Source of the DNA: Desulfobacterales bacterium
GTDB taxonomy: Bacteria; Desulfobacterota; Desulfobacteria; Desulfobacterales; UBA11574
Assembly (NCBI GenBank): GCA_012974475.1
Contig: JAAXQD010000219.1
Coordinates: forward strand, 1 to 49,900
DNA length: 49,900 nt
Reading direction: 5' to 3'
Part shown: in pieces, positions 46,441 to 49,900 of the stretch
How positions within the stretch are numbered: the stretch's first letter is position 1
Layout of the letters: every line of letters begins with the position of its first letter
The notes under the pieces: model-generated
The model's database searches: none
What the model was told of the DNA's origin: nothing
The model's input: the letters and a program-made list of their open reading frames with translations, nothing else
Translations under genes and position numbers: made by a program

Positions 46441-46597
46441 AAGAGTTCTCAATAATTTACGCCGATGTATCTCATCCGAAATTAAGCACACTGAAGGAAA
46501 AGGAAGATCTTCTATCAAATTTTTATTGAACATGTCAAGTCCGGTACCCTGCGTACCGATATCTCTTGAACAAAAACAGCTGGCTGGATAAGAAAAA

Positions 46598-47512
46598 ATG
46601 GGAGAAGACATTTTAATCGTTGACGACGATGCTGCCATCAGAGACTCGATGCTCGAATTTATCACAAGGTCCGGATACAATGCCCAAACCGCTTCCAGTG
46701 CAGAAGAGGCCATTGAACTTTTAAAATCCACCCGTATGGATCTCGTGATAACCGACATAATACTGCCCGGGAAAAACGGTCTCCAACTCACCGATTTAAT
46801 AAAACAAAATTACGATATCGACATTATTGTAATGACCGGTTACAGTGAAAATTATTCTTACGAAGAGGCCATCAATAAAGGCGCCAGCGACCTTGTATTT
46901 AAACCCTTTCGCTTAGAAGAGGTGATGCTCAGGTTAAAAAGAGTACTCAAAGAGAGACGACTCACCAAAGATCGTAATCGAATCCTGAGCAAGCTTGAAA
47001 ACCTTGCAATCACAGACGGCCTCACAAAATTATACAACTTAAGACACTTTTATAATCAGTTGGAGATAGAGATTGACCGTTCCAACCGTTACGGACATCC
47101 ACTGGCACTTTTGCTTTTGGATATCGATAACTTCAAGACGTACAACGATACATATGGTCACCTCGAAGGGGACAAGGTGCTGGTGAAACTCGGCCAGATT
47201 ATCACATCATGCCTCAGAACAATGGATTGCGCTTACAGATATGGCGGCGAAGAATTTACGATTATTCTTCCGGAGACAACCGGCGAAGAAGCCAAAAATG
47301 TCGCCCACAGGATAAAAACCTCCGTAGAAATCGAAAATTTTTTGCCGGAATCCGGGGATGTTGTAAACATAACCATCAGTATCGGCGTCACAGAATATTT
47401 TAAAAAAGAACCGCTCGCCACAGTTATCCAGAGAGCGGATCGGGCGATGTATAAGTCAAAAGCAAAAGGCCGAAACACAATCTCCTTCCTGTTGGCTGAA
47501 AACGCTTCATAA
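46598..47512 (+). CDS. Response-regulator receiver fused to a GGDEF diguanylate cyclase
   Basis: Receiver motifs DDD...D (LVITDIILPG)...KPF. GGEEF active site (RYGGEEF), with an RxxD I-site (RTMD) 5 residues upstream. Confidence 0.9.
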   Translation: MGEDILIVDDDAAIRDSMLEFITRSGYNAQTASSAEEAIELLKSTRMDLVITDIILPGKNGLQLTDLIKQNYDIDIIVMTGYSENYSYEEAINKGASDLVFKPFRLEEVMLRLKRVLKERRLTKDRNRILSKLENLAITDGLTKLYNLRHFYNQLEIEIDRSNRYGHPLALLLLDIDNFKTYNDTYGHLEGDKVLVKLGQIITSCLRTMDCAYRYGGEEFTIILPETTGEEAKNVAHRIKTSVEIENFLPESGDVVNITISIGVTEYFKKEPLATVIQRADRAMYKSKAKGRNTISFLLAENAS

Positions 47513-47563
47513 TCGAATCCGAAATGGCTGTGAAATCATCCCGGAGGTTATTCCGAGTTACGG

Positions 47564-48270
47564 CTATCTGCGGATTTGCCCCACTGCAAATGCTGCAAAA
47601 AAAATGAACGATCCCAATGTAACAATGGCGGCACCGGATGGCAGGTCGGCATAATAAGAGATGATAAGACCGCCGATGGTGGATATCAGGGCGATGATGA
47701 TGGAAAAGGCGATCATTGAATCATAGCGGTGTGTTATTTGTGAAGCAGCCGCCCCTGGGATAACCAGCAGTGCGGGACAAGAGCAACCTCCCGGTCATAG
47801 GCAACAAACAGTAATTCCTTAAAAAGCAGCACGGTTGAAAGGAGTACCAACCCGCCGAAGACTGCAATGACAATCAAATCTTGTCTGGTGATTGCCAGAA
47901 TGTTTCCAAAAAGATACCCGAAAAGATCCACATTATATTGATCCGACATCCCGATAAAAATAACGCCAAGGGCCATTGCTAAAGGAAAAAATATGCCGAT
48001 GGCTGTGTCTGTGCTCAGATGGTCTTCTTTTCCGATATATCCGATGGCGTTGGATACAACCACGGCAAAACCGATGGCTGTAAGCGTTGGAGATATCCCC
48101 AAAAGCGCGCCCAGAGCTACGCCGCCGAACGCCGAGTGCGCCACCCCCACGCCGATAAAAGACAAACGGCGCAGGACAACAAAAAATGAGACCACCGCCA
48201 GAACAAAACTGAGCATAATTCCGGCCAAAAAGGCATTTTGCATAAATTGAAGGCTTAAAATATCAATCAT
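47564..48270 (-). pseudogene. znuB: ZnuB-type metal ABC permease disrupted by an internal deletion of about 100 nt plus a frameshift
   Basis: The N-part frame (ATG 48270) matches ZnuB up to ...FVAYDREVA, then reads LVPHCWLSQGRLLHK-stop. The ZnuB C-part (ALLVIPGAAASQ...YYADLPSGAAIV...) resumes in another frame from ~47773 to a TAG at 47566-47564. About 35 aa (one TM region) has no counterpart. Confidence 0.7.
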
Positions 48271-49075
48271 GGTCTTTATGACTGTGATAACAGGTTGCAC
48301 ATTTTGAATCATGAACAATAACTTTAAGATCTTCCCCAAAAACTTCTCTGGCAACCTGGGGCGAAAAGCAGGAGTCCGGCTCATCATGATAGTGAAGCTG
48401 AACGTTCAGGCATGCAACCCGATCCGCATGGGAAGTAATCACCCCGATGTCGTGCGATACCATTATGACAGATATGTCCTGCTCATTTCTGAATTTTGCC
48501 AGCAGTTCATAGAAATCTTCCTGAGCCACGCTGTCGATACCGGTTGACGGCTCATCAAGGACCAGAAGTTTCGGTTTGGAAGCCAATGCCCTTGCGATAT
48601 TGACCCGCTGCTTCTGACCGCCCGAAAGCACTGCAAAAGGCCTTCTGGCATGATCCGCCATGTTCACCTGGTCGAGCAGTTCCATGCCTGTTTTTTTATT
48701 TTTTGGGCCGGGGCGATGGAAAAAACCGATACGATTATAAAGACCCATCAGGACGACATCAAGTACGGTGACCGGAAAGGATCGATCAGCATGTGAAATC
48801 TGGGGAAGGTAGCCGAGTTCGAGCCTGCTCCGTTTGCCCGGCTTGCGGCCGAATAATCGAACCGAACCTTTTTTCGGGTGCACAAGGCCGAGGATTACAT
48901 TCAGCAACGTGGTCTTCCCGCCACCATTGGGACCGACGATCCCGAATATCTCGCCGGCATAACAATTAAGGTACACCGACTTTAATACCCATTTCCCGTC
49001 GTATGCGACCCATACATCATGAAGATCGACAAGGAGCTCCTTTTTATTTTCAATTTCTGCTGACGGGTCTTTCAT
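48263..49075 (-). CDS. znuC: Zinc/manganese-type ABC transporter ATP-binding protein
   Basis: Walker A GPNGGGKTT, signature LSGGQKQR, Walker B LLVLDEP. ATGA overlap with the upstream binding-protein gene. Confidence 0.85.
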   Translation of the reverse strand: MKDPSAEIENKKELLVDLHDVWVAYDGKWVLKSVYLNCYAGEIFGIVGPNGGGKTTLLNVILGLVHPKKGSVRLFGRKPGKRSRLELGYLPQISHADRSFPVTVLDVVLMGLYNRIGFFHRPGPKNKKTGMELLDQVNMADHARRPFAVLSGGQKQRVNIARALASKPKLLVLDEPSTGIDSVAQEDFYELLAKFRNEQDISVIMVSHDIGVITSHADRVACLNVQLHYHDEPDSCFSPQVAREVFGEDLKVIVHDSKCATCYHSHKDHD

Positions 49076-49900
49076 TCCATGGCCTCCTTGAATACGCCGA
49101 TATTGTAGCTCATAAGATCGATGTATGAATGAACGTTTTTCTGTTTGGACCCTCCCATAGGATCGAGAAAAAGGGCTCTAACACCCGCTTCTCTGGCGAT
49201 GATTTCTGCGGCCCTGGCGTTAAGCTGAGGCTCGGCAAATATTGCCCGAATGTGGTATTTCTTTATCATTGCAACAATATTTTTTATCTGTTTCGGTGTT
49301 GGATTTCGGCCCGGAGCAGCTTCGATGACACCGACGGATTCAAGGCCGTAACGCCTGGCAAAATAATCCCATGACGCATGAAAGGAAACATATTTTTTAA
49401 TTTTAAAGCTCGCCACCGTAGCTTCGATCCGGCGGTGGAGCTTATCCAGTTCTTTCAAATAATTTTGCCCACGTTGTTTATAATACGTTAAATGCTGATG
49501 ATCAATCTCACAAAGCGCATCCATAATTTTTTTGGCCATCGATTTTGCAATAACCGGATCGAGCCATATGTGTGGGTTGGCAATGGTCGATCTGTCTTCT
49601 GAATCCGCAAATTTTTTGTGACGGTCGTAATTTTTATGGGTATGCCCGGTTGTATCTATCAGATCAACCCCTTCGGATAACACCACCGTCATCAAACCCG
49701 GCCCTGTCAGATCGATGAATTTTTCAGCCCAGAATTCCAGTCCGGCACCCACCATAAAAAAAATACGGGCTGTAGAGAATTTCTTTAAAAGGCTCGGTTT
49801 CGGTTCAAAAGTATGGGGACTCGCACCTGCCGGAAGAACAAAAGTGACCTCAACATGGTCGCCGCCCACCTGCTGAATCATGTCGGCAAGAGGAAAAATG
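49072..49900 (-). CDS. znuA: Cluster-9 (ZnuA/TroA-like) periplasmic metal-binding protein, 5' end outside window
   Basis: The frame stays open beyond the track's ATG at 49881 to the window edge (...IFPLADMIQQVGGDHVEV). Contains ASPHTFEPKPS, NPHIWLDP and a short His/Asp-rich loop (GHTHKNYDRHKK). Confidence 0.8.
   Translation of the reverse strand, partial: IFPLADMIQQVGGDHVEVTFVLPAGASPHTFEPKPSLLKKFSTARIFFMVGAGLEFWAEKFIDLTGPGLMTVVLSEGVDLIDTTGHTHKNYDRHKKFADSEDRSTIANPHIWLDPVIAKSMAKKIMDALCEIDHQHLTYYKQRGQNYLKELDKLHRRIEATVASFKIKKYVSFHASWDYFARRYGLESVGVIEAAPGRNPTPKQIKNIVAMIKKYHIRAIFAEPQLNARAAEIIAREAGVRALFLDPMGGSKQKNVHSYIDLMSYNIGVFKEAME

Noticed and set aside
46429-46791. 120-aa minus-strand ORF spanning the GGDEF promoter and 5' coding region
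   Set aside because: It overlaps a strongly supported plus-strand gene and promoter. It has no motif and no SD.
1-49900. Looked for CRISPR arrays, IS or transposase genes, integrases, phage genes, toxin-antitoxin pairs and rRNA/tRNA genes
   Set aside because: None were recognised on either strand. The only repeat structures seen are the short arrays and palindromes listed above.

Overview
This is a gene-dense chromosomal window with about 50 protein genes. I found no rRNA, tRNA, CRISPR array, transposase or integrase. Gene content suggests an anaerobic, Na+-cycling, selenocysteine-using Desulfobacterales-like deltaproteobacterium; that is inference from content only.

Gene order, left to right:
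- TRAP permeases dctQ/dctM, a DUF1566 protein and livG/livF-type ABC ATPases.
- A long minus-strand block: glutaconyl-CoA decarboxylase alpha (gcdA), a mini biotin carrier, an acyl-CoA dehydrogenase, nhaA, a cytidylate-kinase-like protein, a NifU-like protein and korB/korA.
- A tight operon of OsmC-like, rubrerythrin, flavodoxin and ferredoxin genes.
- A DASS transporter, a CBS protein, an AhpF-like Trx-fold/TrxR fusion, a rubredoxin-membrane protein and citrate synthase.
- A Fur-family/YkgJ-like operon divergent from nqrABCDEF.
- A Grx-like/FTRc-like pair, yyaL, a PAS sigma54 activator, DUF2400, traB and purN.
- A GT4 glycosyltransferase, DUF362, a second YkgJ-like protein, a cNMP-binding protein, ndk, trmJ, a FAH-family protein, leuCD and lepA.
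- A receiver-GGDEF protein and znuABC.

Most notable observations:
1. An in-frame TGA at the catalytic Cys position fuses two track ORFs into one OsmC-family selenoprotein, with a SECIS-like hairpin just downstream.
2. NqrA retains two complete RnfC-type 4Fe-4S motifs.
3. Several genes look lesioned: korA is 5'-truncated behind a terminator plus near-consensus promoter, the FTRc-like gene is cut off at the nqrF 3' end, a CODH (cooS-like) fragment survives, and znuB has an internal deletion plus frameshift.
4. A 217-nt spacer inside the nqr operon carries convergent TGGAATNN octamer arrays.

I did not recognise a clear mobile or defence system. All functional calls rest on motif and family recognition by eye, not on searches.
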